From the NCBI GenBank assembly GCA_024654535.1, contig JANLHL010000016.1:32626-96625 (forward strand): a stretch of DNA of 64,000 bases. The letters are read 5' to 3'. Shown piece by piece: positions 10,497 through 19,747 of the stretch. Under the pieces are notes generated by a model. That model saw only the letters and a program-made list of their open reading frames with translations, ran no database searches and was not told where the DNA came from. Made by a program: the position numbers and the translations under genes. Numbering within the stretch: the first letter of the stretch is position 1; each line of letters begins with the position of its first letter. The DNA is from Candidatus Roizmanbacteria bacterium (GTDB taxonomy: Bacteria; Patescibacteriota; Microgenomatia; UBA1406).

Positions 10497-11770
10497 GAAT
10501 AGCCGAAGGTGTTGCAAAGCTTGTTCATAGTATCTCTACACGTCTATTTCATAGAGGAGGTGAAACCTGGCCTGGTGAAATCGCACGTTATTTTTTATCA
10601 AGCCCTAAGGATATAGCCCATCTCTTTAGCTCAGTTATTTATGTGGTAGGGACAAATGGTAAAACATCGACGACAAAAATGGTAGTGCAGGTAATGAGAG
10701 ATAATGGCTTTGATGTACTGACAAATGCATCGGGAGCGAATATGCTCAATGGGGTATTAAGTAGTATTTTAGTTCAAAAGAAATATTCAAAAAACACTGG
10801 CTATATAGGCATATTTGAAGTTGATGAATTTGCATTACAAAGCGTTACAGAGGTTCTTGCACCGACACATATTCTTTTTTTGAATGTACTGCGTGATCAG
10901 CTCGACAGGTATGGCGAGGTAAGAAATGTACTCGGTCTGTGGAAAAGGATTTTAAGTAAGCACGTTCAATGTTCGGTGGTAGCGAATGCATACGATCCTG
11001 GATTGTCATGGGTGTGCGAAAATGTGAAAAAAAACAAGCTTCACTGGTATGGTATCCCAGAGCAGTTTTTAAAAAAAGATAGCACAGTACTTGGTGACTC
11101 ATCGTATTGTTTTTTTTGTAACCACAAGTTGCACTATAACGGTATGTATATTTCACACTTGGGTAAGTGGTATTGTCCCTCATGCAAGAAAAAAAGCGAA
11201 AAAGCCTTTACGTGGGACAAGCAAGATATACATAGTTTGGTTACTATGCCAGATTATATGACTACCAACATGCAAGGTGTATATCTATTAGCACGGCTAT
11301 TTAATATATCAAGAGATCAATTTTTTACTTCAGCTTCTTTGTGGGAGCCAGCGTATGGTAGGGGAGAGACTAAAAAATCTGGGAATGCACTAGTTACGTT
11401 TGTACTTGGAAAGAACCCTGCGAGCTGGACTGTCGCATTGCGAGATTCTCTAAAAAAGAATAAATATAAGACGGTTGTGTTAGGACTCAATAATCAAATT
11501 CCAGACGGACAGGACGTTTCGTGGATTTGGGATGCAGATATAGATAGCATAAACTTAAAGCACGTTAAGCATATTTGGACATTTGGTGACAGAGCACACG
11601 ATATGGCAGTTCGTTTACACATGGAAGGCATAGAAGTTGAGAAAGTATATACAAATGCAAATCTTTGTTTTGCTGACGTTAAAATGAAATCCGAAGAGGT
11701 GTTGATGCTATCCAATTACACTGCTATGCTCGATTCGCGACGTGCCCTCTTAGGGAAAGCTATTTTGTAA
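10493..11770 (+). CDS. murT: Lipid II isoglutaminyl synthase subunit MurT (Mur ligase with DUF1727-type domain)
   Basis: GTNGKTST, RDQLDRYGE, Cys4 zinc finger, KNPAS, DGQDVSWIWD, NYTAML. Confidence 0.85.
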   Translation: MRIAEGVAKLVHSISTRLFHRGGETWPGEIARYFLSSPKDIAHLFSSVIYVVGTNGKTSTTKMVVQVMRDNGFDVLTNASGANMLNGVLSSILVQKKYSKNTGYIGIFEVDEFALQSVTEVLAPTHILFLNVLRDQLDRYGEVRNVLGLWKRILSKHVQCSVVANAYDPGLSWVCENVKKNKLHWYGIPEQFLKKDSTVLGDSSYCFFCNHKLHYNGMYISHLGKWYCPSCKKKSEKAFTWDKQDIHSLVTMPDYMTTNMQGVYLLARLFNISRDQFFTSASLWEPAYGRGETKKSGNALVTFVLGKNPASWTVALRDSLKKNKYKTVVLGLNNQIPDGQDVSWIWDADIDSINLKHVKHIWTFGDRAHDMAVRLHMEGIEVEKVYTNANLCFADVKMKSEEVLMLSNYTAMLDSRRALLGKAIL

Positions 11771-11856
11771 TGTGTGCATTGCATAGGCTATTGTATATGC
11801 GATATGTTAAAATTCATTCTGTGCTTGATTAGAGCTGATAGCTAACAGCTAATCTT

Positions 11857-11941
11857 GCCGCGGTGGCGGAATTGGTAGACGCGTAGGTCTCAAAAACCTA
11901 TGGTGCAAAACATCGTGTGGGTTCGATTCCCACCCGCGGCA
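11857..11941 (+). tRNA. tRNA-Leu(CAA)
   Basis: GCCGCGG/CCGCGGC acceptor stem, TAGGT-CTCAAAA-ACCTA anticodon arm, long variable arm, GGTTCGATTCC. Confidence 0.95.
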
Positions 11942-11974
11942 CACCCTAGTATAAATGTCGAGGAAATTATTCTT

Positions 11975-13273
11975 CTACCAGACCTCTTTGACTGCCGATA
12001 CAAGCTCGCTGTAGCGCGTATAGGAAAGTAATTCTTCTTGCCAATTAGGGTCTGTAATATTGACATCGGGAATAACTCCTTTGCCTTCGATAGGCTGGCC
12101 GTCATCACGGAGTGTTAAGCTGTGCACTAAAAATATCGAGAACGTTTCTGTTTTATCAAGCTGATGTTTGAGTGGGAATACTTTTTCTACAGTACCCCAA
12201 CCTTTACTCGGTGTACCAACTACCGTACCGACGTTATATTTCTTTAGGCTTGCAGCCATCACTTCTGCACTCGATTGCGAATTGCCATTTATGAGAACTA
12301 CAACTTGCTTATACTTGGTAAGGCTTGGCAAAAGACCCGCTTGTGTTTTGAAATCTTGTTTTTCTCCATGATGTAAAAACTGATATGCGTATTGATCAGG
12401 ACCTATAAATGGCCCCAAAAAATAGGGTAAGCCGTCTATAAGCCCCCCTATGTTGTCACGGAGATCAAATATAAGCGCATCGACCGCACTGTTGTCTTTG
12501 TATGTGTCTGCAGCGCTTACTATGTCGTCAAGTGTTGTTGGAGAAAAACGGGTTAGGTGCATATAGAGGACACTACCATTGACAACTTTCGATACTATAG
12601 TAGATTCTACCCCTGTATTGTCATACCGATCTCTATTTTGCTGTGTGCTCAATGTCTCATATGCTTGTTCAACTTCAGCGAGCTTTTCTTTTGCCTCTGG
12701 TGTTTTTTGTGCTTCTAAATCTTGTTTTTTCTTTTCGTAGGCTTTCGCAATCTCTTGTTGCGAAGCTTTTTTTGTTGTGCCAATGGTCTTATACCTGTCA
12801 ATAGTAGGGTTTTTATTCTCAACTTCATTTTTCAAGTTTGCTTCTTCTTTTTTGCTGTAGAGCCTGCTCCTTCCAGCAGGTTGCAAGCTGGCAAGTACAG
12901 TGTCTGCTAATGTTACGGTATATTGCTTTTTTTTCACCGTTGTATCAAAGGCATTGAGGGTTTTTTCAAGTATTTTTTTGAGACCCTTTTTATCTTTTGT
13001 TAGATTTTGGGAAAATTGACCTGTAACTTTTTGATTTGCAAGGAGGTATATATCGATGAGTTGACTATCAGTTAGCTTATCCCAATAATTTTTTTGAATA
13101 GTATCGAATTCCTCCATTAGTAATGCAGAATATATATTTTCTTTCTGGGGAATTTTTACGGGGAATCTACTTCCCCACAAGTACCCGCCTATGGCAGCTA
13201 TTGCAATGATGGAAAAGATGGTTATTACAATAAGTGCTCTTTTAGAGAATAGAGTTTTGAATCGCTTAAGCAT
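11975..13273 (-). CDS. S41 (CtpA-like) peptidase with inserted DnaJ-like domain
   Basis: N-terminal TM; DLRDNIGG, NSQSSAEVMA, IEGKGVIPDV; aa ~159-218 resemble a J-domain. Confidence 0.8.
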   Translation of the reverse strand: MLKRFKTLFSKRALIVITIFSIIAIAAIGGYLWGSRFPVKIPQKENIYSALLMEEFDTIQKNYWDKLTDSQLIDIYLLANQKVTGQFSQNLTKDKKGLKKILEKTLNAFDTTVKKKQYTVTLADTVLASLQPAGRSRLYSKKEEANLKNEVENKNPTIDRYKTIGTTKKASQQEIAKAYEKKKQDLEAQKTPEAKEKLAEVEQAYETLSTQQNRDRYDNTGVESTIVSKVVNGSVLYMHLTRFSPTTLDDIVSAADTYKDNSAVDALIFDLRDNIGGLIDGLPYFLGPFIGPDQYAYQFLHHGEKQDFKTQAGLLPSLTKYKQVVVLINGNSQSSAEVMAASLKKYNVGTVVGTPSKGWGTVEKVFPLKHQLDKTETFSIFLVHSLTLRDDGQPIEGKGVIPDVNITDPNWQEELLSYTRYSELVSAVKEVW

Positions 13274-13919
13274 GTGTTATTTTTCTATTATTTTTTCTAT
13301 GATACGCAAAAACAAATAGCGCAGAACTTGCACCCAGAAGCGACCCGCCGATAACGTCGGTTATCCAGTGTTCACCCAAACTCACTCTGCTATAGAGCAT
13401 TAAAAAAGCTACTACGCCTATAAGTATAAACAATACTTTTCTTTTTAAACCTTGTATTTTGGAATACCACAGAAACAAAAATATGATGACAAGTAGAAAT
13501 ATAGATCTCATGCTATGACCAGATGGATATGAACCGTTTGTTTGTACATATGAGCTTGGAAAAAGAAATAAAGAATAGGTTCTATGGAATAAGAACGGCG
13601 GAGCGGGTTGCAGTAAAAAGTTTTTGCCAACAAGTTCAAATAAATGTGAAATACCAAACAGTACAATACTCAGCGACAGGAAGAAATACTTTCGTATAAG
13701 AAGTGCAAATAGTATGAGTATCGTTATGGTTACTTCAAAACTGCCAAAGAAACTAAAATACGATAAAAATGGGTCGAGCATGCGCGGCGTATGATTTTGA
13801 ATTCGTACCGTCGTATTAAAATCAAATGACCGTAGCGAATCTGTACGTACTATAAGCGTCACAATAATGAATGAGACAAATAGCAGACCAGAAGCTAAGT
13901 ACATGTATTTCTTTCTCAT
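13266..13919 (-). CDS. PAP2-family membrane phosphatase
   Basis: SYPSGH and SRVSLGEHWITDV motifs; start moved to 13919. Confidence 0.85.
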   Translation of the reverse strand: MRKKYMYLASGLLFVSFIIVTLIVRTDSLRSFDFNTTVRIQNHTPRMLDPFLSYFSFFGSFEVTITILILFALLIRKYFFLSLSIVLFGISHLFELVGKNFLLQPAPPFLFHRTYSLFLFPSSYVQTNGSYPSGHSMRSIFLLVIIFLFLWYSKIQGLKRKVLFILIGVVAFLMLYSRVSLGEHWITDVIGGSLLGASSALFVFAYHRKNNRKITHA

Positions 13920-13964
13920 TGTATAAGTATAGCGTAAACATGGATCATGTTGTATAATCCTTTT

Positions 13965-14840
13965 ATGCAATTCACAGATACATTCGAAAATAAAAACGAA
14001 ACCAGCTTTGTTACCGTAACGGTAAAGTGGAGCGATATAGACAAATCCAAGGAAGAGACACTACTAAAGATTCAAAAAGATTTTGAATCAGAAGGTTTTA
14101 GAAAAGGGAAAGTGCCGGTAAAAGTAGTGCGTGAGAAGGTTGGTGAAAGCAAGCTCTTAGAAGAAGCATCTCGTTATTTTTTGAGCGATGTCTATTCCCA
14201 AATAATTAAGAAATACGATCTGCACCCTGTTATAGACCCTGCCATTAGGGTAAAACAGGCAGAAGCCAACAAAGACTGGATAGTCATATTTGAAATTGCC
14301 CACGCACCTGCTATAAAAACAATGCCTGATGTAAAAAAAATAGTAGCAGATATTCGTGCACAGGCAAAAAAAGAAACTATTTGGGTACCCGGTAAAGACG
14401 AAAAAGAGAAGACTGCTGAAAAACCTGAAGAGAAGAAAGAAGAGCAATTACAAAAAATTATGGATGCTCTTGTCAATAAAGCTGAGATTACTATAGCACC
14501 AGGAATAATGGAACAAGAGGTTAATAGGCGCATGGCTTCGCTTCTCGACGAGGTAAAAAAACTTGGTATGAACTTAGATCAATACATGCAGGCAAAAGGG
14601 GAAACAACCGATTCTATGAGAAAGAAGGCGGAAAAAGAGATAGTCGAAGTGTATACTGTTGAGCTTTTGCTGCAACAGATAGCAGAGAACGAAAAAATTA
14701 CGATAGACGACAAAGAGCTCGAGGCGATTTTCTCTCGTATGAAAACCGAAAAAGAGCGCGAAGAAGCGAAGAAAAATGCATATTTTTATGCAAGTTTAAT
14801 GAGAAAGCAGAAGACACTTGATTATTTGAGTAGCTTATAG
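13965..14840 (+). CDS. tig: Trigger factor lacking the FKBP/PPIase domain
   Basis: GFRKGKVP ribosome-binding motif followed directly by a helical C-domain; only ~290 aa. Confidence 0.85.
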   Translation: MQFTDTFENKNETSFVTVTVKWSDIDKSKEETLLKIQKDFESEGFRKGKVPVKVVREKVGESKLLEEASRYFLSDVYSQIIKKYDLHPVIDPAIRVKQAEANKDWIVIFEIAHAPAIKTMPDVKKIVADIRAQAKKETIWVPGKDEKEKTAEKPEEKKEEQLQKIMDALVNKAEITIAPGIMEQEVNRRMASLLDEVKKLGMNLDQYMQAKGETTDSMRKKAEKEIVEVYTVELLLQQIAENEKITIDDKELEAIFSRMKTEKEREEAKKNAYFYASLMRKQKTLDYLSSL

Positions 14841-14852
14841 TAAAATAAGCAC

Positions 14853-15455
14853 ATGGTAGCCGCAAAAAAGAAAACATCAAGCGGCATAGCAGAGCAACTC
14901 AAGAGTCTTGGAAACGATTTTTTCGAGCAAGGAAGAGACGCAGTAAAAGGCGCAAGAAATGACGTTGCTTCGCAGCTCTTGGATGATGATAACTTCGATT
15001 CCCCAGACATCTATGGAGAAAATCCTTTTGCATCTGTGTCGAGTATGGACAAAAAAGATCGTAAAGAGCCTATTCGAGTGATCAAATCTGAAATTCTCTT
15101 TAATAGGCAAGAGGTACAAGAAAAGCAAAGCATACGTCAAGAGTTAAATAGCTTAATAGAAAATGTACGCAGAGAGCTCGAGCTTTTGAAAGTACAAGAC
15201 AAAGGCCTTAGCGAAGATATTTCCAAGCTTGTATTGCAAAACAACCCTGAAAAGCCAGGTATATATCACATTCGATTTTTTCAATTTGTCATAAAATTGC
15301 TTCATGCTCTCAGAAAGCGTATTTCAGAGGGTCGTATGTGGCTTGACGTGGCGTTTGAAAAAAAGAAAAAGAAAAAATTCTGGGGTCTTGCCAAGAAAAA
15401 AGGTACTTCTTTCTCACGCTCAAGTGAGCTTTCACAGTCTAATCTTCCAGGGTAG
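14853..15455 (+). CDS. Conserved CPR hypothetical protein (DUF5660-like)
   Basis: PGIYHIRFF...WL...FWGLAKKKGTSF pattern, recognised from memory. Confidence 0.55.
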   Translation: MVAAKKKTSSGIAEQLKSLGNDFFEQGRDAVKGARNDVASQLLDDDNFDSPDIYGENPFASVSSMDKKDRKEPIRVIKSEILFNRQEVQEKQSIRQELNSLIENVRRELELLKVQDKGLSEDISKLVLQNNPEKPGIYHIRFFQFVIKLLHALRKRISEGRMWLDVAFEKKKKKKFWGLAKKKGTSFSRSSELSQSNLPG

Positions 15456-15515
15456 TCGTCTATAGAAAATTTCCATTTTTTCGCTTGCTCTCCTTTGGTA
15501 TAATGGTGCCTATAT

Positions 15516-15589
15516 GGAGCCATAGCTCAGTTGGCTAGAGCGTCGCATTGACATTGCGAAGGTCTGTGGTTCAAGTCCACATGGCTCCA
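15516..15589 (+). tRNA. tRNA-Val(GAC)
   Basis: GGAGCCA/TGGCTCC acceptor stem; TCGCA-TTGACAT-TGCGA anticodon arm; upstream TGGTATAAT. Confidence 0.95.
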
Positions 15590-15626
15590 CATAATTTCTA
15601 TAGTGATAACTTCATCCAAGTAATTA

Positions 15627-16208
15627 ATGGATTTCACCGAACAGATAAACATAAATCACGATGGCTTGGTTGTTACAGATGCTCGATGGCTTGATGGTTT
15701 TAGAGTGCAGGTTGCAGATACGTTTGGGCAGTGTAAGACTGCGAGTGAATTTCTAGTACGCTATAACTATCTCATTCCAGAATTTGATAGGGAAACATCT
15801 ACTGCATACCTAAATTTAAATACGGCCCTACAGACTAAAACAGGCCATTGTCTTACTGCGGCTCTTAGTTTGGGAGAGTGGGGAGTACAAAATGGTATGT
15901 ATGTTAGCTATTTTCCTCGTTCAGTTGTACAGCACGCTGTCGTAGGACTGTCGGAGAAACAAATAATTGTTCCCGACGATTCGTTAGATATGTTGCGGTT
16001 TACCGATTTGTGGCAGAGAAATGCTAGAAAAGGACTCGCCCTGTATGAGCATAAGCAACATATGGTAGGTTTAGATCCATTTCATAGGTTGAACTTTACT
16101 ATGTTAACAAATAGAGAAGATAGATTTGTTAGAGAACCCCCACAGTTATCTTCTCAGGCCTTTTTACAGCGAATGGGGTGGTGGCAGGGAGAACATATGG
16201 CTGAGTAA
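15627..16208 (+). CDS. Hypothetical protein, possible transglutaminase-like/cysteine-protease fold
   Basis: 193-aa ORF; GHCLTAALSL followed by HAVV. Confidence 0.5.
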   Translation: MDFTEQININHDGLVVTDARWLDGFRVQVADTFGQCKTASEFLVRYNYLIPEFDRETSTAYLNLNTALQTKTGHCLTAALSLGEWGVQNGMYVSYFPRSVVQHAVVGLSEKQIIVPDDSLDMLRFTDLWQRNARKGLALYEHKQHMVGLDPFHRLNFTMLTNREDRFVREPPQLSSQAFLQRMGWWQGEHMAE

Positions 16209-16583
16209 ATTTACATTTGTCAGGCATATAAACAAAGTAAATATTAAAGAAAGGAGCGATTCGCTCTAGGGTCACACAGTTTGTTTCAAGGAAACCTTGA
16301 AAATCTTAAACGGTGCGACAAAATATGGAGAAGGGATATTCGTAGGACTATTTGAATCTATGGATAAAGATGAAAAAAACCTTGAATCTATAGTTCGAAG
16401 ATTAGCAAAAGGGAAATAACATACCTGTCAGTTTTCGAATTCGAAACATAAAACCTGCACAAATTTCTGCTTCAGGGAAGCGCGCATTGGGGTCGGTAAT
16501 AAATGTTTCTGTATCGCAAATCTGTATTTTTTGACAGCCTTAAAGAAATGTGGGGATAGAGACATCGCTCGGATTATGTAGTT

Positions 16584-16991
16584 TCACTGTTTGCTAGAGT
16601 GTTGTTTGTACTTTTCTATTTCTTCTGTGTAAAACTCGTTCCCTGCTAAATAGGCAAGAAGATTGCTGGTTTTTTCTATCGGGTCTTTGTTGAGAAGCGT
16701 GCACAACTTCGCTATTGCAATACGATTTTCTTCGCTGTAGGTATATTCTATTAGCGTACCGTCTGGCATCTTAAATATAAAATAGATTAGGTCAGTTCCG
16801 ACTATGTCATTCCAAAACCCGTTATCGAGCTTTTCACGTATTAGGTTTTTATAAAGCTCAAGTGACCGCTTTGGTACAAAGAGTTTTCTGCTCGTACTGT
16901 CTTTTATATGCTTAACCGTTATGGCAAGTGCGGTCAGCTCGTCGTTGGAAATCTTAAGCGCTCCCATAAGATAGCTTCTGTAGTTGTGCAT
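16584..16991 (-). CDS. Hypothetical protein
   Basis: Open frame with plausible composition; start moved to ATG 16991. Confidence 0.55.
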   Translation of the reverse strand: MHNYRSYLMGALKISNDELTALAITVKHIKDSTSRKLFVPKRSLELYKNLIREKLDNGFWNDIVGTDLIYFIFKMPDGTLIEYTYSEENRIAIAKLCTLLNKDPIEKTSNLLAYLAGNEFYTEEIEKYKQHSSKQ

Positions 16992-17034
16992 ATATCTGTA
17001 TATATTTATACAAAATTGAGTGTAGCAATGCAAT

Positions 17035-17063
17035 TTGCATGTATAAGGTTTTGCGTGTATACT
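17035..17063 (+). promoter_or_regulatory. Sigma70-type promoter of the thrS leader
   Basis: TTGCAT-N17-TATACT. Confidence 0.7.
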
Positions 17064-17069
17064 TAGGTC

Positions 17070-17114
17070 ATGTATATGAAAAGCGTTTTTACCACAACTA
17101 CCACCACTATTTAG
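17070..17114 (+). CDS. Thr-rich attenuator leader peptide MYMKSVFTTTTTTI
   Basis: Six consecutive Thr codons (ACC ACA ACT ACC ACC ACT) just upstream of alternative hairpins and thrS. Confidence 0.85.
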   Translation: MYMKSVFTTTTTTI

Positions 17115-17160
17115 TGCGGGGTACTTGTGTGTGTATACCCCGCAGATCGCGGGGTTTTTT
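17115..17160 (+). terminator. thrS attenuator (antiterminator/terminator)
   Basis: TGCGGGGTA(17115-23)/TACCCCGCA(17136-44) competes with ACCCCGC/GCGGGGT(17149-55) plus T-run. Confidence 0.85.
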
Positions 17161-17198
17161 AGTACCTAAAAATTATTAATAAGTTATACAATAAACAC

Positions 17199-19004
17199 AT
17201 GAACGACAAAAAAGATTATCTTCACAAACTGCGCCATTCAGCAGAACACGTACTGCATCAGGCGATGAAAGAGCTGTATCCACAAATATTACTTGCCATG
17301 GGCCCTGCTACAGATGATGGATTTTATTTTGATTTTGATAGTAAACCAGAAGGCAAAGAAGCAGTAACCATAACTGAGGCAGATTTTCCCAAAATAGAAA
17401 AGCGTATGCAGGAAATCATAGACCAAAATCTGCCTATTACTCGCCATGAAATAAATGTGATCGAAGCCAAAAAAATGTTTGGTGAGAATCCGTACAAAAT
17501 GGAATGGATAGAGCAAGCCAAAGAGCGAGGAGACGCAATTTCTATCTATTGGACAGGGAAACCAGATGAAAAAGGTTCTATGGTAGATCTCTGCGCAGGG
17601 CCACACGTAGATTCTACTGGCGAGATCAAGGCATTCAAGTTGCTTTCAGTTGCAGGCGCTTATTGGCACGGCGATGAAAAGAATAAAATGCTTACCCGTA
17701 TTTATGGCACGGCTTTTAGTTCCCAAAAAGAGCTTGATGAACACCTGAATCTTCTTGAAGAAGCAAGAAAGAGAGATCACAGAAAACTTGGTAAAGAACT
17801 GGGCCTATTTACTTTTTCAGATATGGTTGGAAAAGGTTTGCCACTCTTTACATCAAAGGGCGCGACGATATGGCGTGAACTTGAACGGTATGTGGTAGAC
17901 GAAGAGATAAAACACGGTTATCAGCATGTTCGCACGCCAAATTTGGCAAAGACCGATCTATATAAAAAATCTGGCCACTATCCATACTATAAAGATACGA
18001 TGTACCCTGCGATGAAGATAGATGAGGAAGAGCTTATTTTGCGTCCCATGACGTGTCCGCACCACTTTGCTCTCTATATGGATAAGCCGAGAAGTTACCG
18101 AGAACTACCAATGCGGCTCGCCGAGATGGCACGGTTGTATCGGTACGAAAAATCTGGAGAGCTTACCGGTCTTATTCGCGTTCGTGAATTTACTTTAGCT
18201 GATGCTCACAACTTTGTGAGAAAAGATCAAGCAGCAGAAGAAGTTGGAAATGTGCTTGATTTAATAGAGAAAATTGCGGGAGTTTTGGGTTTGGAGAAAG
18301 GCAAAGATTACGTGTATCGACTTTCGTTGGGTGATCGTGAAAATAAAGAAAAGTACTATGATTCACCTGAGAATTGGGAGTATGGTGAAAAATTATTACG
18401 CACAGTTTTAGAGGAAAGAAAAGCTCCTTATTACGATGCAAAGGGTGAAGCAGCTTTTTATGGGCCAAAAATAGACGTACAGATGAAAAATGTGTTGGGT
18501 AAGGAAGATACGGCCTTTACTGTACAATATGATTTTTGTTTACCAGAACGATTCGGATTGTCATATAGGAACGAAGAAGGTGAGCAGGAACAACCCATAG
18601 TGATACATCGCTCATCTATTGGGGCACTTGAACGTTCAATGGGTTTCTTGATAGAGCGGTATGCAGGGTTATTTCCATTGTGGCTATCTCCTATTCAAGT
18701 TGGTGTGGTCCCTGTATCCGATCAGGTGAGTGCATATGCGAAGAGCGTCCATGATGCGTTTATCGGCGCTGGTATTCGCTCGGAGTTAAATGTTGAGAAC
18801 AAAACATTGGGTGCAAAAATACGCGACTTTACATTGCAAAAGGTACCATACCTGTGTATAATTGGAGCTAGTGAAGAGAAAAGAGCTAGGGAAGAGGGTA
18901 AAGCCTACGTTTCGGTGCGAACAAGAGAAGGTAAGAATCGAGGAGTAGTTGTATTATCAGAGTTTTTAGCGGAGCTAACAAAACACATTGAGAAGAAAGC
19001 CTAG
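17199..19004 (+). CDS. thrS: Threonine--tRNA ligase (no N-terminal TGS domain)
   Basis: LRHSAEH, DLCAGPH, RDHRKLG, RPMTCPHH, AAFYGPKID, IHRS. Confidence 0.97.
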   Translation: MNDKKDYLHKLRHSAEHVLHQAMKELYPQILLAMGPATDDGFYFDFDSKPEGKEAVTITEADFPKIEKRMQEIIDQNLPITRHEINVIEAKKMFGENPYKMEWIEQAKERGDAISIYWTGKPDEKGSMVDLCAGPHVDSTGEIKAFKLLSVAGAYWHGDEKNKMLTRIYGTAFSSQKELDEHLNLLEEARKRDHRKLGKELGLFTFSDMVGKGLPLFTSKGATIWRELERYVVDEEIKHGYQHVRTPNLAKTDLYKKSGHYPYYKDTMYPAMKIDEEELILRPMTCPHHFALYMDKPRSYRELPMRLAEMARLYRYEKSGELTGLIRVREFTLADAHNFVRKDQAAEEVGNVLDLIEKIAGVLGLEKGKDYVYRLSLGDRENKEKYYDSPENWEYGEKLLRTVLEERKAPYYDAKGEAAFYGPKIDVQMKNVLGKEDTAFTVQYDFCLPERFGLSYRNEEGEQEQPIVIHRSSIGALERSMGFLIERYAGLFPLWLSPIQVGVVPVSDQVSAYAKSVHDAFIGAGIRSELNVENKTLGAKIRDFTLQKVPYLCIIGASEEKRAREEGKAYVSVRTREGKNRGVVVLSEFLAELTKHIEKKA

Positions 19005-19563
19005 TAAAAAGGACTTACGAAAAAGAGCAATACGAACAAACGAGTATATTCCGCATGCAAAGATGCGGGTTTTAGCTGCTGATAATGTACAAATAGGTGT
19101 GTTGACACGTATAGAAGCACTGAACCTTGCGAAAGAGCAGGGTGTAGACTTGGTTGAAGTTGCGCCAAAAGCGGTACCGCCAGTGGCAAAACTGATAGAG
19201 TTTAATAAGTATTTGTATCAGCTTGCAAAGAAAGAAAAGTCGGAATTAAAAGGACGAACGGAGGTAAAAGAGGTTAAGATAGGACTGTTTATGGCAGAGA
19301 ATGACTTGGGGAGGATGGTAGAGAGAGTACAAGACTTTCTCAAAAAGAACCATCAGGTAAAAATAAGCTTGTGGCTCAAAGGTCGCCAGCTCGATAAGAA
19401 GCAAGATGCGCGAGTATTTATGCAGACATTTATACAGCGAGCAAGTTTTGCGAAAATAGTAAGCGAGCCGGTGATGCAAGGAAAAGTAATGCGAGCAGTT
19501 ATAACGTTCGATAAGGACAAAAAAAATGAAAAAGCCCAAAGTAATAAAATTGAGAAAGCTTAA
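18988..19563 (+). CDS. infC: Translation initiation factor IF-3
   Basis: DLVEVAP..PPVAK motif; synteny; non-ATG start. Confidence 0.92.
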   Translation: MRRKPSKKDLRKRAIRTNEYIPHAKMRVLAADNVQIGVLTRIEALNLAKEQGVDLVEVAPKAVPPVAKLIEFNKYLYQLAKKEKSELKGRTEVKEVKIGLFMAENDLGRMVERVQDFLKKNHQVKISLWLKGRQLDKKQDARVFMQTFIQRASFAKIVSEPVMQGKVMRAVITFDKDKKNEKAQSNKIEKA

Positions 19564-19747
19564 GATTAAGAAATCTGTCAGTAAGCGTTTTAAAGTAACA
19601 CCAACGGGCAAAGTAATGCACCGTAGTCAGAATATACGCCACTTGAGTAGTAATAAGTCTAAAAACCAGCTCAGAAGATTGCGAAAGAAAAAGAGCTTGT
19701 TTTCAACAGATGCAATAAAAATTAAAAAATTATTAGGAGTAGGATGA
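19526..19747 (+). CDS. rpmI: 50S ribosomal protein L35
   Basis: KRFKVTPTGK motif; synteny. Confidence 0.9.
   Translation: MKKPKVIKLRKLKIKKSVSKRFKVTPTGKVMHRSQNIRHLSSNKSKNQLRRLRKKKSLFSTDAIKIKKLLGVG

Noticed and set aside
11890..12108. 72-aa minus-strand ORF
   Set aside because: It overlaps tRNA-Leu and the S41 gene; its C-terminus is translated tRNA sequence.
16270..16419. Open frame ending ...ESIVRRLAKGK*
   Set aside because: It has no clear start or recognisable homology, so it is not called as a gene or pseudogene.
16436..16452. Short palindrome around TTTCGAATTCGAAA
   Set aside because: It is a single AT-rich occurrence with no supporting context.
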